Assembly (NCBI GenBank): GCA_963830915.1
Contig: CAWHOE010000064.1
Span: 193,541 to 257,540, forward strand
DNA length: 64,000 nt
Source of the DNA: a candidate division FCPU426 bacterium
GTDB lineage: Bacteria; Oederibacteriota; Muellerivitia; Muellerivitales; Muellerivitaceae
Reading direction: 5' to 3'
The translations under genes were made by a program, and so were the position numbers. Shown piece after piece: positions 20,958 through 31,448 of this stretch. The notes under the pieces were generated by a model. It was not told where the DNA came from. It was given only the letters and a program-made list of their open reading frames with translations, and ran no database searches. Position 1 is the stretch's first letter. Each line of letters begins with the position of its first letter.

Positions 20958-22490
20958 TCAATGGAGAAGCTGGCAGTGAAGTCCACCGGAGCCCCAGGCA
21001 AAATCAGCGACCGGCACCACATCAATGCCCGCTTTTCTGAACAGGTTAGCCGTGGCTTCAAAATCCGGATCCGATTCCATGGATACGGCCGTCATCTCAT
21101 TCCAGAGATCTTGGACGGCCCGGAACAAGGAATTATAGGTAACCGCGTCAGGATTCTTCCCCCAAACAACGTATTTTTTTCTTATCTGTTCTAACCTTGA
21201 CGTAATGAGCGCTTGACTTCCGCCCCCATTGGTATCCTGCCTGGGATAATGGGCTAAAAGCGCCGTACAACGACCAGTTTGCGGATCATAAAAACGGACC
21301 AAGTTGGCCGGGCTTCGTACGGGATGGTCATTCAAGATCGGTCGCTCCACAGGAAAGCCCAAACCCTTTAATTCATCGGCCATAAGGTCATATTCGTTCT
21401 GCGCGGAAGAAACAAAATTGGGATCCAGTCCATTGCTCGTCATTCTATCGACCGGGTGGGTCCCGAATGTTGGTATGAACCCATGGTTGACCTGTCCATC
21501 CCCCACGACCGCGACCGACATGTCCAAATGAAATATCTCCTCGTTACCAAGTCCGGGATTTTCCAGGAGACTGGATGTCATGAAAACAACCGGAACCCCC
21601 TCGAAGGCCGTTGAAAAGGCGTTTTGCGCTTCCTCGATGTCCGCCAACGTGATCGATCTTCCCACAAAAGACTTTCCGTTCAAAAGTTCTAGGTATTTTA
21701 CAGCTCGATGACGCCCTACCAAAAATACCAGATGGCCATCGGGAGCACGGACCAGATCCTCGTCCCCACCTTCGGCGCTCACGTTCGGGGGAAGGTCCCT
21801 GAAGGAAAAATGATCGGGAAAAGAGCGGCAAAGATCATCCACGGCTCGACGATAAGGCTCTCGATCGATCTGCCCGCGGAATATGATCCACCGTCCCTCG
21901 GTGTCCTTACCCAATATCTTTCCGATATCTTGCGACCATACTAAAGACTCGCCTGTTTTGAAAAAATGGACTGACTTCTTTATGCGCTCCTCGGGCCAAC
22001 CACAACGGGTCATAAGGTATTCCTTGAATAAAGATTCTTCTCCTCCCTTGGATTCATGGACTAGATCGGGGTCAGGAACAGCTATAAAAACCTGGGTATA
22101 CGTGGGTATGGCATTCATGATCTGCCCATGGGATAGCTCAAAATTAAGCCAATAGAATTGTTTCTTCAATTCATTGATCTGGGCGCTTGGGACTCCGGCC
22201 TTTTGGATCAAGTCAGGGAGGAAGAAATAAGCTTCTTTATTTGGATCTAGCCCAATAACACAGACATCCAGTGGCCTTTCCGATTCAGGGATCAATGTGA
22301 CGCCATCATGGGTCGTGTACTTGATGGGGTGTGGGTTTATGTTCCCGCGGCTCTCGTGGGGCACTAAAAAGAGAGCGCACAAATAAATGATCAAGAACAC
22401 AAAACCAATCCCAGAACATATAAAAATCCATCGATGTCTTTTGGACAAAATTATTCTGTTGGTGGTCTCGGAAAACGGGGGAATGCTCAT
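20958..22490 (-). CDS. Membrane-anchored pentein (amidinotransferase/deiminase superfamily) protein
   Basis: N-terminal TM; WSQD, EGGD, HLD and C-terminal GGLHC motifs match the Asp/His/Cys catalytic set of guanidino-modifying enzymes. Confidence 0.6.
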   Translation of the reverse strand: MSIPPFSETTNRIILSKRHRWIFICSGIGFVFLIIYLCALFLVPHESRGNINPHPIKYTTHDGVTLIPESERPLDVCVIGLDPNKEAYFFLPDLIQKAGVPSAQINELKKQFYWLNFELSHGQIMNAIPTYTQVFIAVPDPDLVHESKGGEESLFKEYLMTRCGWPEERIKKSVHFFKTGESLVWSQDIGKILGKDTEGRWIIFRGQIDREPYRRAVDDLCRSFPDHFSFRDLPPNVSAEGGDEDLVRAPDGHLVFLVGRHRAVKYLELLNGKSFVGRSITLADIEEAQNAFSTAFEGVPVVFMTSSLLENPGLGNEEIFHLDMSVAVVGDGQVNHGFIPTFGTHPVDRMTSNGLDPNFVSSAQNEYDLMADELKGLGFPVERPILNDHPVRSPANLVRFYDPQTGRCTALLAHYPRQDTNGGGSQALITSRLEQIRKKYVVWGKNPDAVTYNSLFRAVQDLWNEMTAVSMESDPDFEATANLFRKAGIDVVPVADFAWGSGGLHCQLLH

Positions 22491-22541
22491 ATGCCGTTTA
22501 GCTTTCTCGATCCTAGGTGAACTGAAGCCGCCTAGAGAAAA

Positions 22542-22558
22542 AGCAATTTTGATACCAA
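22542..22558 (-). promoter_or_regulatory. Putative sigma-54 (-24/-12) promoter of the pentein gene
   Basis: Minus strand TTGGTATCAAAATTGCT = GG-N10-GC, about 50 nt upstream of ATG 22490. Confidence 0.6.
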
Positions 22559-22617
22559 CTTAGCTTGGCATTTAATTGAGATTAACGAGAAACATATTTT
22601 AGAAAACCCGAACATCT

Positions 22618-22683
22618 TTACTCAAAGTGAGTAATTTGTTCTCACTTGTTCTTTTTTCGTCGAATTGTAAAAAAATTTTTACA
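22618..22683. promoter_or_regulatory. Palindromic operators / candidate enhancer-binding-protein sites
   Basis: TTACTCA-AAG-TGAGTAA (22618-22634) and TGTAAAAA-AA-TTTTTACA (22666-22683, TGT-N12-ACA). Confidence 0.45.
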
Positions 22684-22807
22684 CTCAGGAAGGTTTTCTT
22701 GTCGGGTTCATTTTGGAATGGTGCGGAACAGAATTCAGTTATTGATTAAGAAAATAATTCGGCCGTTTAAAGGAAAAAATATTCGATCATGAATTTTTTA
22801 ATCCATC

Positions 22808-23269
22808 TCAATCAAAACCGTAAAACGAATAGGGAACGCTTTTTGAATCAATGACAGTGCTATTGACATAGATGACGCCCATCGTACTGTCATACAACCA
22901 CCCAGTCCCGGCGGCGACTGGGGCGGAACTTTGCGCGGTTACATTCATCAAATTCCCCTGCGGGTTGATGGCCCCAGCCACAAAAGCGCCTGTTACCTTG
23001 ACGGGATTGATGTTATCCAAATACTGGCTGAAGTAATAAAGGGATGTGGTTTGAAGCGTGGTGGGCCAAACGCCTTTTTGATCCCCATAGTAGATAAAGA
23101 TTGCCGAGTGGATGCTGTTAAGGTTTCCCTTGGTGGCGCCTTCCCGTGATTTCTCAAGCATCTGGACGAACCGAGGGATCGCCATGACCGCCAAAACACC
23201 GATGATAGCGGCAACGATCATTAATTCAACCAGGGTGAAACCCCTAAAATCATTGTTACGCTTTCTCAT
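22808..23269 (-). CDS. Type IV pilin / pseudopilin (GspG-like) with prepilin cleavage site
   Basis: MRKRNNDFRG^FTLVELMIVAAIIGVLAVMAIP class III signal; ATG 23269 follows GGGAG. Confidence 0.88.
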   Translation of the reverse strand: MRKRNNDFRGFTLVELMIVAAIIGVLAVMAIPRFVQMLEKSREGATKGNLNSIHSAIFIYYGDQKGVWPTTLQTTSLYYFSQYLDNINPVKVTGAFVAGAINPQGNLMNVTAQSSAPVAAGTGWLYDSTMGVIYVNSTVIDSKSVPYSFYGFD

Positions 23270-23396
23270 GAACACTCCCGGGATCAATTGGAACTATAAC
23301 AAATGTCCTTTAAAAATATTTTAGCCTGTTTCCAATGGTAAGTTCGGAAGAAACGGAGAAACTCAAACTGCGCAACTTTGTCCGACTAAAATTCCT

Positions 23397-23696
23397 TTAT
23401 TTCATCTTATTTTCAACGCTTTTCACTTTATCTTCCATCGTTTGGTCCCGATCCGTGCGGGTCCCGAATTTCAGGGTCGTGGTGATCCGTGGAGCTCCCA
23501 TTTGATGAACGACCTCATGACATCGCTTGAGGGCGTTGAAGACCTGGTCCCATTCTCCCTCGATATTCGTGCCGTAAGCGTGCAGTTGGGTCTTCAATCC
23601 GGCGTCTTTCAGGACTTTCTCGCAAGCGGCTACATACTCGGAAACCGAAACTCCCACTCCCAACGGCACCACACAAAGATCCGCAATGACTTTCAT
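23397..23696 (-). CDS. MTH1187/YkoF-family thiamine-binding protein
   Basis: VVPLGVGVSVSEYVA, HAYGTNIEGEWD, GAPRI...GTRTDR. Confidence 0.9.
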   Translation of the reverse strand: MKVIADLCVVPLGVGVSVSEYVAACEKVLKDAGLKTQLHAYGTNIEGEWDQVFNALKRCHEVVHQMGAPRITTTLKFGTRTDRDQTMEDKVKSVENKMK

Positions 23697-23748
23697 GAGA
23701 ACCTCCCCTCGAATTCATCCATCGGTTATTAGATTGATATTGGTTTTT

Positions 23749-25175
23749 TTAAAAAGGGAACTTCAGGAAACCAACCATCAGGACTCCGATGGCGCAAAGG
23801 AAAAAGGACAGGGAAACCTCGAAGGATGTACCCAATTCCCGGCCCGTCCCCTCCAAAGGTTTCATAAATAGATACACCACTACCCTCAGATAATAGAACG
23901 CGGAGATGAAACTATTCAAGACCGCCACGATCGCCAGCCAGACCATTCCATGGTCCACGGCCAGTTTGAAGAGATAGTATTTTCCAAAGAATCCGGCGGT
24001 AGGCGTCATGCCGGCGAGGGAAAAAAGGAATAAAGCCATCATTGATCCGAGGAAAGGATGGCTTAAACCCAATCCGCGGTAATCCTCCAACTGGTCGTTG
24101 GTTTCGCCCTTCCCCGATGCCCAGGCGGCCCATCCAAAAGCGCCGGCCGTCATCAAGGTATAGGCTAATAGGTAAAAAGCCACGGATCTTTCCACATCGT
24201 CCGCCGGCGCGAAGGAGGCCGCCGATAGCCCCACTAAAAGATAACCCGCCTGGGCCACGCTAGAATAGGCCAACATGCGCTTGACGCTGGTCTGGGTGAG
24301 CGCTCCTAAATTCCCCAATCCCATGGTCAGGACCGCCAAGACCGGTATTACCGCCGTCCAACCGCCGGGCAAACCGAACACCTCAGCGAAAAGCCTGGCG
24401 AGTATCCCAAAACCTGCCGTATTCACTCCGGTGGACAGAAGCACCGATACGGGAGCCGCAGACCCTTCGTAAACATCCGGCGCCCAGGCGTGGAACGGGA
24501 CTGCCGCCACCTTGAACCCTAGACCCACCAGAATAAGAACGACCCCCAATCCTATGAAAAGGGGGTAGGTATGGGTATGTTCCAGAAAAAGCCGGATGTC
24601 CTGGAATCGAACGCTTCCCGACACCCCATAGATCATCGCGATCCCATACAAAAGGAAAGCGGACGCGAACACCCCGTTGAGGAAATACTTCAAGGCCGCC
24701 TCGGTCGATCTTTCCCTCGTTCTGAGATATCCCGCCAGCACATAAGCGGAAAGGGACATCAGTTCCAGTCCCATGAAAAGGGTCAGGAAATCGGCGGATA
24801 TCACCAGGGTTTGCATCCCCGAGACCGCCAGGAGCAGGAGCGCGTAATATTCCCCAGTGACCGCTTTTTCACGGACCATATAAGAAGCCGAGAACAGACA
24901 AGCCAGCAGAGCGGAAAGAAGGCAAATGCCTGTCAATGTGACCGAATAAAGGTCCATGACCACCGAACCTTGGAAAAGGGAGCCGGGCATGGGTGGATGG
25001 TTCAACAGCCGGAAACCGCTCCCAGGGCCAGAACCAGGATGGTCCCGGTCAGGATGGGCGCGATCCTTCGCCCCTCTTCTTTCATTGAAAACTCGACGGT
25101 CAGCAGAAGGATCGACCCCGCGATGGTGATCCACAATGGAGATAATCCCCATAATTCGAGTGGCGCTGGGCTCAC
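23749..25175 (-). CDS. nuoN: NADH-quinone oxidoreductase subunit N; frameshift near 25013
   Basis: GLELMSL, EAALKYF, FKVAAVPFHAWAPDVYEG, KRMLAYSS. True hydrophobic N-terminus (GTG 25175, MSPAPLELWGLSPLW...) is in another frame and overlaps the nuoM stop. Confidence 0.9.
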
Positions 25176-26704
25176 CGGCGGCTCCTCTTATTATCCTTTT
25201 CCACTTCTTCCTGGATGCGCCTTTGCTGTGCGGCAAAATCGGTCATGACCGGGGGTGGTTTCAATTTTTCAATGACATTCAACTGGAGGGATTTCTCAGT
25301 GGGCCTCAGGAAAAAGTTGGGGGTCAATCCCATCCAGAGGACCAGCAATGCCAGGGGCAGAAGGACCATTCCTTCCCGGAAGGTCAGGTCATGGACCTTG
25401 GGACCATCTTTTTTCTTGAGAGGCCCAAAAAAGAGCCGGCCATAGAGATTGAAAAGGTACCAGGCTGACAGGACAAACCCGACAATGGCGATGACCGCCA
25501 AGATAGGAGCGATCTTATAGGCCGATACCAGGATCAAAATCTCCCCTACGAACCCGGCGAACCCAGGGATCCCCGCCGCCGCTACCATGATCCAGAGGAA
25601 CATCGCGGCGAACAGGGGCATGGTCTTGGCCAACCCTCCATAGTCGCTCATCTGGTGGGATTGGACCCTTTCATAAAGCATCCCGATCAAAAGGAATATA
25701 CCCGCCATGTAAACCCCATGGGCCACCATCAGGTACAAGCTTCCCTGCAGTCCCGAGGCCGTGAAGGTGAAGATGCCGAAGACGATCAATCCCATGTGGG
25801 ACAGGGAGGAATAAGCGGTCATCCGTTTGAAGTCGGTCTGGATCGAGGCCATGAGCGCCCCGTGCACCACCCCCACGACAGCCAGGATCATCAAGGCCGG
25901 AGCGAAATCCTTGGCGGCGGTTGGGAAAAGCGGGATACAGAACCTGAGCAGACCGTAGGCTCCGAGCTTGACCAGTATGGCCGAAAGATACACCGTGGCT
26001 CCAGCCGGGGCTTCGGTATAAGCGTCCGGCAGCCAGGCGTGGAAAGGGACCAGCGGGACCTTGATCAGGAAAGCCAATCCGAACGCCAGGAAACACCAGA
26101 ACTGCACATCCTCCGGGAAATAATGATCGAAGATCATGGTGTAATCGAAGCTCTTCACCTCGTGGGTGATATAAAGCAGGCCCACCAGCATCAGCAGGGA
26201 TCCGAACATGGTATAGAGGACGAACTTCAAGGTCGCTTGGACCCGATTCTTCCCTCCCCAAAGGCCGATCAGGAAAAAGGCGGGGATGAGCATCAATTCC
26301 CAGAATAGATAGAAAAGGAAAAGATCGGTCGAGGCCAGAGTACCCACCACCGAGGATTCCAAAATCAGCAGGCAGGCGTAATAACCACGGACGTTCTTTT
26401 CAACCGCCCGGAAACTTCCCAGAATGACCAGGGGGGTAAGGAAGGTGGTCAGGAGGATCAACCAGAGGGAAAGCCCATCCAACCCAACGCTGTAGTGGAT
26501 TCCCAGGGACGGCACCAAATTGGCTTGTTCCTTGAACTGGAACCCAGCGTCCGATAGATCGAACCTGGTGTAAAGCAGCAAGGAAAAGACGAAAGCGGTG
26601 CCCGACACCAGCAACGACAGGACTCGGGAAATTCTCGGCTGGGGAAACATCGCCACCAATAACGCTCCCGCCAGCGGAAAACCGATCAATATGGAAAGGA
26701 CCAC
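25172..26704 (-). CDS. nuoM: NADH-quinone oxidoreductase subunit M
   Basis: GLDGLS, FYLFWELMLIP, KVPLVPFHAWLPDA; GTG 26704 follows GAAGGGG. Confidence 0.93.
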   Translation of the reverse strand: MVLSILIGFPLAGALLVAMFPQPRISRVLSLLVSGTAFVFSLLLYTRFDLSDAGFQFKEQANLVPSLGIHYSVGLDGLSLWLILLTTFLTPLVILGSFRAVEKNVRGYYACLLILESSVVGTLASTDLFLFYLFWELMLIPAFFLIGLWGGKNRVQATLKFVLYTMFGSLLMLVGLLYITHEVKSFDYTMIFDHYFPEDVQFWCFLAFGLAFLIKVPLVPFHAWLPDAYTEAPAGATVYLSAILVKLGAYGLLRFCIPLFPTAAKDFAPALMILAVVGVVHGALMASIQTDFKRMTAYSSLSHMGLIVFGIFTFTASGLQGSLYLMVAHGVYMAGIFLLIGMLYERVQSHQMSDYGGLAKTMPLFAAMFLWIMVAAAGIPGFAGFVGEILILVSAYKIAPILAVIAIVGFVLSAWYLFNLYGRLFFGPLKKKDGPKVHDLTFREGMVLLPLALLVLWMGLTPNFFLRPTEKSLQLNVIEKLKPPPVMTDFAAQQRRIQEEVEKDNKRSRR

Positions 26705-26718
26705 ATCCAACCCCTTCG

Positions 26719-28701
26719 TTAATGAAGTATCAAATAGATCAAAAGAGCCGCGCCCATCACCACATAGAGCAGATAGGCCCGCACTAGCCCCACTTGGGTC
26801 TTTTTCAGGAACTTGGCGATCCATTCCACGGCCCGGATCAAGGCGCCCAGCGTCCGGTTGATCAAAAGCTGCTCGATGAGTTTGTCAGAGACCCAATGGG
26901 CGAAACCCTTGACCCAACGTACCACCGTGACCTCATAGAACTCGTCCACGTAATATTTCTGCTCAATGGTCTTCTTGCCCCCAGGGATGAGTTTCAGGAA
27001 CATCGGGCTGATCGTGTGCTTCAAGCCGTGGATATACCAGGCCGTTCCCACACCCAGCAGGGCCACAAGTAAGGACATGAGCATGAGCAAAGGCTCGATC
27101 TTCGGGGAGACGGCGTTGGCTTCCGTGGTGGAAAGATGGAAGAGGGGATCCAGGAACTTGCCCAGGTTGTCCGCTCCGCCGATGGCGGCCGGTACTCCTA
27201 GCCATCCTGACATGAGTGCTCCCACCGCCAGGATAAAGAGAGGCAGGGTCATTGTCTGGGGGGATTCATGCAAAAGCTCGAAGACCTCCTTGGGGCCCCG
27301 ATACTCGCCGAAAAAGACCATCACGACCAATCGGGTCATGTAGAAGGCCGTGAGGAAGGCGGTGGCCAGCGCGATGAAATAAAGGATCTCGGGCAGTCCG
27401 GGAACCACCAGATTAGGGGTGGCCAAAGCGCGCCAAAGGATCTCATCCTTGCTGAAGAATCCCCCGCAGAACGGCAGGATACCGGTGATGGCCAGCCATC
27501 CCATCAGGAACGAGAGACCCGAAAAGGGGATATGTTTCAACAGTCCGCCCATCTTTCGGATGTCCTGTTCCCCCTTCATGGCGTGAATGACGCATCCCGC
27601 TCCCAGGAACAAACAGGCTTTGAAGAATCCATGGGTGATCAGATGGAAAATACCGGCCGAGTAGGCTCCCACACCCACGCCCAGGAACATGAAACCCAAT
27701 TGGGAGATGGTGGAGTAGGCCAAGATCTTCTTGATATCGTTCTGCGCCATGGCGATGGTCGCTCCCAATAGCGCGGTCAAGACCCCTGTCACCGCCACGA
27801 CCGTCGAAGCCCAGGGAGCGAGGACGAAGAGGAAATGGAGCCGGGCTACCAGATAGACGCCGGCGGTCACCATAGTTGCGGCGTGGATGAGGGCCGAAAC
27901 GGGAGTGGGTCCGGCCATGGCGTCGGGCAGCCAGACATAAAGGGGGATCTGGGCCGATTTGCCCGCGGCCCCGAAGAAAAAGCAAAGACAAACGATGGTG
28001 GCCGATAATTGGTTGAAGACCTGCTTGTGGGCCTGCAGGTCGTTGAAATTGAAGGTCCCCGCCAGGGCGAACACGATCAACAGCCCCGCCAGGAAACCCG
28101 CGTCCCCGATCCGGTTGACGATGATGGCCTTCTTTCCCGCGTTGGCCTTGGCCTCGTCCTCGAACCAAAAACTGATGAGAAGATAGGAACAGAAACCCAC
28201 GCCTTCCCAACCCAGGAATAGCACCAGCAGGTTCTCCCCCAGCACCAATACCAGCATGGAGAACAGGAACAGGTTCAGATAGGTGAAGAACCGCCCGAAC
28301 CCCGCATCCCCTTTCATGTAACCCACCGAGTAGATATGGATGAGGGTGGAAACGAAAGTGACGAACACGGTCATGACGGTGGAAAGAGCGTCCAGCTGGA
28401 AGTTCATCCTCACATGGAAGGTCCCCGCCTCGATCCAGTCGAAGAGTTCCTGTGTGAGGAGGCTGTTCTCCGGCAGGGTCCGAAAGTGCAGGTAAGTGAA
28501 CCAGGCCGCGAGGAAGGATATCCCGGCGCTTCCGCACCCGATGACAGCCGTGAGCCATTCAGGGATATGGACCTTTCCCTGGGATGCGATAAGGGTCAAG
28601 ACACCGTTCAGGACCGCCCCTGCCAGGGGCGCCGCCGCGATCACCCAGATCCAGTCGAAGGAGATAAGGGCGATATTTTGAAAATGTTCCAGATTCAGCA
28701 T
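26719..28701 (-). CDS. nuoL: NADH-quinone oxidoreductase subunit L
   Basis: GKSAQIPLYVWLPDAMAGPTPVSALIHAATMVTAG. Confidence 0.95.
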   Translation of the reverse strand: MLNLEHFQNIALISFDWIWVIAAAPLAGAVLNGVLTLIASQGKVHIPEWLTAVIGCGSAGISFLAAWFTYLHFRTLPENSLLTQELFDWIEAGTFHVRMNFQLDALSTVMTVFVTFVSTLIHIYSVGYMKGDAGFGRFFTYLNLFLFSMLVLVLGENLLVLFLGWEGVGFCSYLLISFWFEDEAKANAGKKAIIVNRIGDAGFLAGLLIVFALAGTFNFNDLQAHKQVFNQLSATIVCLCFFFGAAGKSAQIPLYVWLPDAMAGPTPVSALIHAATMVTAGVYLVARLHFLFVLAPWASTVVAVTGVLTALLGATIAMAQNDIKKILAYSTISQLGFMFLGVGVGAYSAGIFHLITHGFFKACLFLGAGCVIHAMKGEQDIRKMGGLLKHIPFSGLSFLMGWLAITGILPFCGGFFSKDEILWRALATPNLVVPGLPEILYFIALATAFLTAFYMTRLVVMVFFGEYRGPKEVFELLHESPQTMTLPLFILAVGALMSGWLGVPAAIGGADNLGKFLDPLFHLSTTEANAVSPKIEPLLMLMSLLVALLGVGTAWYIHGLKHTISPMFLKLIPGGKKTIEQKYYVDEFYEVTVVRWVKGFAHWVSDKLIEQLLINRTLGALIRAVEWIAKFLKKTQVGLVRAYLLYVVMGAALLIYLILH

Positions 28702-28707
28702 CGTTCT

Positions 28708-29028
28708 CTATCCTTTTAAGCTTTTGAACATATCCAGGTCCACCGTTTCCTTGAGCCGGAACAAGGCGACCACGATGGCCAGTCCCACACAGGCTTCCGC
28801 CGCCGCCACCGCCACCACGAACAGCGCCACGACCTGGCCGGTCATGTCCCCGTTCACTCTTGAGAAGGTCACGAAGGTCAGGTTGACGGCGTTGAGCATC
28901 AATTCCAGCGACATCAAGACCACAAAAAGGTTCCGGCGGCTCAAGACCCCGGCGGTTCCGACGATGAAAAGCAGGGCCGAAAGGACCAGGTAGTGGGAAG
29001 GCCCGATGGGCATGAGAAGGTCCATCAT
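28708..29028 (-). CDS. nuoK: NADH-quinone oxidoreductase subunit K
   Basis: LMSLELMLNAVNL, VAAAEACVGLA. Confidence 0.95.
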   Translation of the reverse strand: MMDLLMPIGPSHYLVLSALLFIVGTAGVLSRRNLFVVLMSLELMLNAVNLTFVTFSRVNGDMTGQVVALFVVAVAAAEACVGLAIVVALFRLKETVDLDMFKSLKG

Positions 29029-29528
29029 AACCTCCTCTTGGCCAGGACCAGGGCACCGACCACAGCCGTTAGTAAGAGAAGAGAAAGTATCTCAAAGGGG
29101 AACAGATAGGAGGCAAAGATCTTTTCTCCCACCGAGAAGATACTTCCGAATCCTTCTGGCAAAACGGCGTTTTTCCACTGCCCGGATGGAAAGATCACCA
29201 AGAAAACTTGGCCAAAAACCACGCTCGTTATTCCCAACAGGGCTCCCGCCACCCAAACCCCTTTCGCCCGCAAGGATCCCATATCCTCGTCCCGAAGGTT
29301 CAAAAGCATGATCACGAAGATCATCAAGACCATGATTCCCCCGGCATAGACCAATATCTGCAGGACCGCCAGTAAGGGGGCGGATTGCAGCAGATATAAC
29401 CCGGCCAGCGCGGCGAAAGCGCCGATCATTCCCACCGCGGAAGCCATGGGATTGGTCCTTGTGATGACCCATAGGCCCATTCCCAATAACAGGACGGCGA
29501 GGATATAGAACACGACCGTTTCGATCAT
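29025..29528 (-). CDS. nuoJ: NADH-quinone oxidoreductase subunit J
   Basis: QILVYAGGIMVLMIFVIMLL, PFEILSLLLL. Confidence 0.95.
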   Translation of the reverse strand: MIETVVFYILAVLLLGMGLWVITRTNPMASAVGMIGAFAALAGLYLLQSAPLLAVLQILVYAGGIMVLMIFVIMLLNLRDEDMGSLRAKGVWVAGALLGITSVVFGQVFLVIFPSGQWKNAVLPEGFGSIFSVGEKIFASYLFPFEILSLLLLTAVVGALVLAKRRL

Positions 29529-29538
29529 CCGTTACCTT

Positions 29539-30083
29539 TCAAGGTCTGGCGTGGGGCCCATGGGTCCACTTCACGGGCCGAGGAGGATTATAGTCCGGCA
29601 CGAAGTCCTTATTATCGTGCTTCATCAGATATTCCTTATGATAAACCAGGCTGGGTCGGGTGAAATCAGCCAGCGTCACTTCCGGTACATCCATCCGGAT
29701 AGCGTCCAGGGGGCAGGCGTCCACGCAATAACCGCAAAAAACACAACGCAGCATGTCGATATCGAATTTGGCGGGGTATTTCTCGATATTCGAGTCCGGT
29801 GATTCCGCCGCCAGGATATGGATGCACTCCGCCGGGCAGGCGGTGGCGCAAAGCATGCAGGCCGTACAACGGGGAGCGCCATCCTCCCTTTTCATGAGCC
29901 TGTGCCGTCCCCGGGTCGTGGGGGGCAGGCTCTTTTTTCCTCGGGAAAGTAGACCACCGGCATCCGGCGCGGATACAGAAGGTTTGCCGCCGCGTGGCGC
30001 AGGGTTACCCACAGGCCCTGGAGGACCTGGAGAACGTAGAATTTTTGGGTTCCCTTTATCTCGGGGCGTTCCACCACTCGCAT
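29539..30083 (-). CDS. nuoI: NADH-quinone oxidoreductase subunit I; frameshift in homopolymer 29933-29938
   Basis: N-terminus in ORF 29892..30083 ([14 protein letters not shown]) joins [30 protein letters not shown] when one A is added. Confidence 0.92.
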
Positions 30084-30137
30084 CGGACTTCCCTTCTTCT
30101 CAACAGATAGACGTTTCGCGCGTCCTATTCAGCCCTT

Positions 30138-31448
30138 CTATTTTTGGATCAGGATCAAAGCCCCTGTCACCAACAGGTTCAAAAGCGCCAAAGGCAGCAT
30201 CAACTTCCAACCCATCCCCATCAACTGGTCATAACGGAACCGGGGGAGGGTCCATCGCACCCACACATAAAGCCAGCAAAAGAAAAGCACTTTCATCAAA
30301 AGACAGCAGACCTGCAATAAAGCGGTCAAGAGAGGCGGCATCCAGGGAAGGAAATTCCCATTGAACAGAGCGTACCCCAGGGCCACTAGACCCACAAAAG
30401 CCAATCCGGCTCCCGCGGCGGAAATAAGATAGGGTTCCCATTTTTTCATCCCCGTGAATTGGTCTTTCTGGAGGTCGGCCCGCCTGTAAACGAAGAAACC
30501 GAACAGGCTTCCTCCCAACAAAGCGGCGGCGCCCAGGATGGACAGGGTCGCCCGGGGATTCTGGTTCAGGAATTCGGTGGAAGCGAATGGCACCTGGTAT
30601 CCGCCCAGGAATAACGTGGAGATCACGAAAGCCACTACCGCCATATTGACGTATTCGGCCATGAAGAAGAGGGCGAATTTTACGCTGGAATATTCCAGGT
30701 GATATCCCGCCACCAACTCATTCTCGCCTTCGGCCAGGTCGAAAGGATTGCGGTTGGTCTCGGCGAAACCGGCCACCAGGAAAAGAAGGCACCCAACGGG
30801 CTGGAGAAAGACACCCCAGTTCGGCAGGGGCAGGGTGTGGCCGGCGAAGGAGAGCATCTGTCCTTGGGTTTCCACGATCCTATCCACCTTGACCCCCTGA
30901 TAGACCATCAACAGTCCGGTCAGGGACAAGGCCATGGATAGTTCGTAAGAAACCATCTGGGCGGTGGCTCGAAGCCCACCCAAGAGCGAGAACTTGTTGT
31001 TCGAGGCCCATCCGGCCAGGACCACGGCGAATACCCCTAGGCTCGAGACGGCGATGATATAGAGGACACCCACATTGAAGTTCGCCGCCTGGAAACGGAT
31101 GGTCTGGCCGAAAAGGGTGATGGGCGCCGCCAATGGGATGACTAGAAGAGGCAAGAGGGCGACCGTCATGGACCAGAAAGGCGCGAGGAAATAATAGAAC
31201 CCGCTGGCCTTTTCGGGCGTGATGCTTTCCTTCAAAAAGAGTTTCAAGGTGTCGGCAAAGTTCTGGATGTATCCCAACATCCGGAAGCCCAGGATGTTGG
31301 TCCGGTCTGGCCCGACGCGGTCCTGGATGACCGCGCTTCCCTTCCTTTCTAGCCAGATGAAGAAGGGGATGAAGGAGAGAGGGATGATCCACATGATCAC
31401 AACCATGACCGCGATATTGCCGAGGGTGAACAGCTGGGTGTTGGTCAT
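30138..31448 (-). CDS. nuoH: NADH-quinone oxidoreductase subunit H (long form)
   Basis: ERK..QDRVGP, AQMVSYE, AETNRNPFDLAEGE, PRFRYDQLM. Confidence 0.95.
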   Translation of the reverse strand: MTNTQLFTLGNIAVMVVIMWIIPLSFIPFFIWLERKGSAVIQDRVGPDRTNILGFRMLGYIQNFADTLKLFLKESITPEKASGFYYFLAPFWSMTVALLPLLVIPLAAPITLFGQTIRFQAANFNVGVLYIIAVSSLGVFAVVLAGWASNNKFSLLGGLRATAQMVSYELSMALSLTGLLMVYQGVKVDRIVETQGQMLSFAGHTLPLPNWGVFLQPVGCLLFLVAGFAETNRNPFDLAEGENELVAGYHLEYSSVKFALFFMAEYVNMAVVAFVISTLFLGGYQVPFASTEFLNQNPRATLSILGAAALLGGSLFGFFVYRRADLQKDQFTGMKKWEPYLISAAGAGLAFVGLVALGYALFNGNFLPWMPPLLTALLQVCCLLMKVLFFCWLYVWVRWTLPRFRYDQLMGMGWKLMLPLALLNLLVTGALILIQK

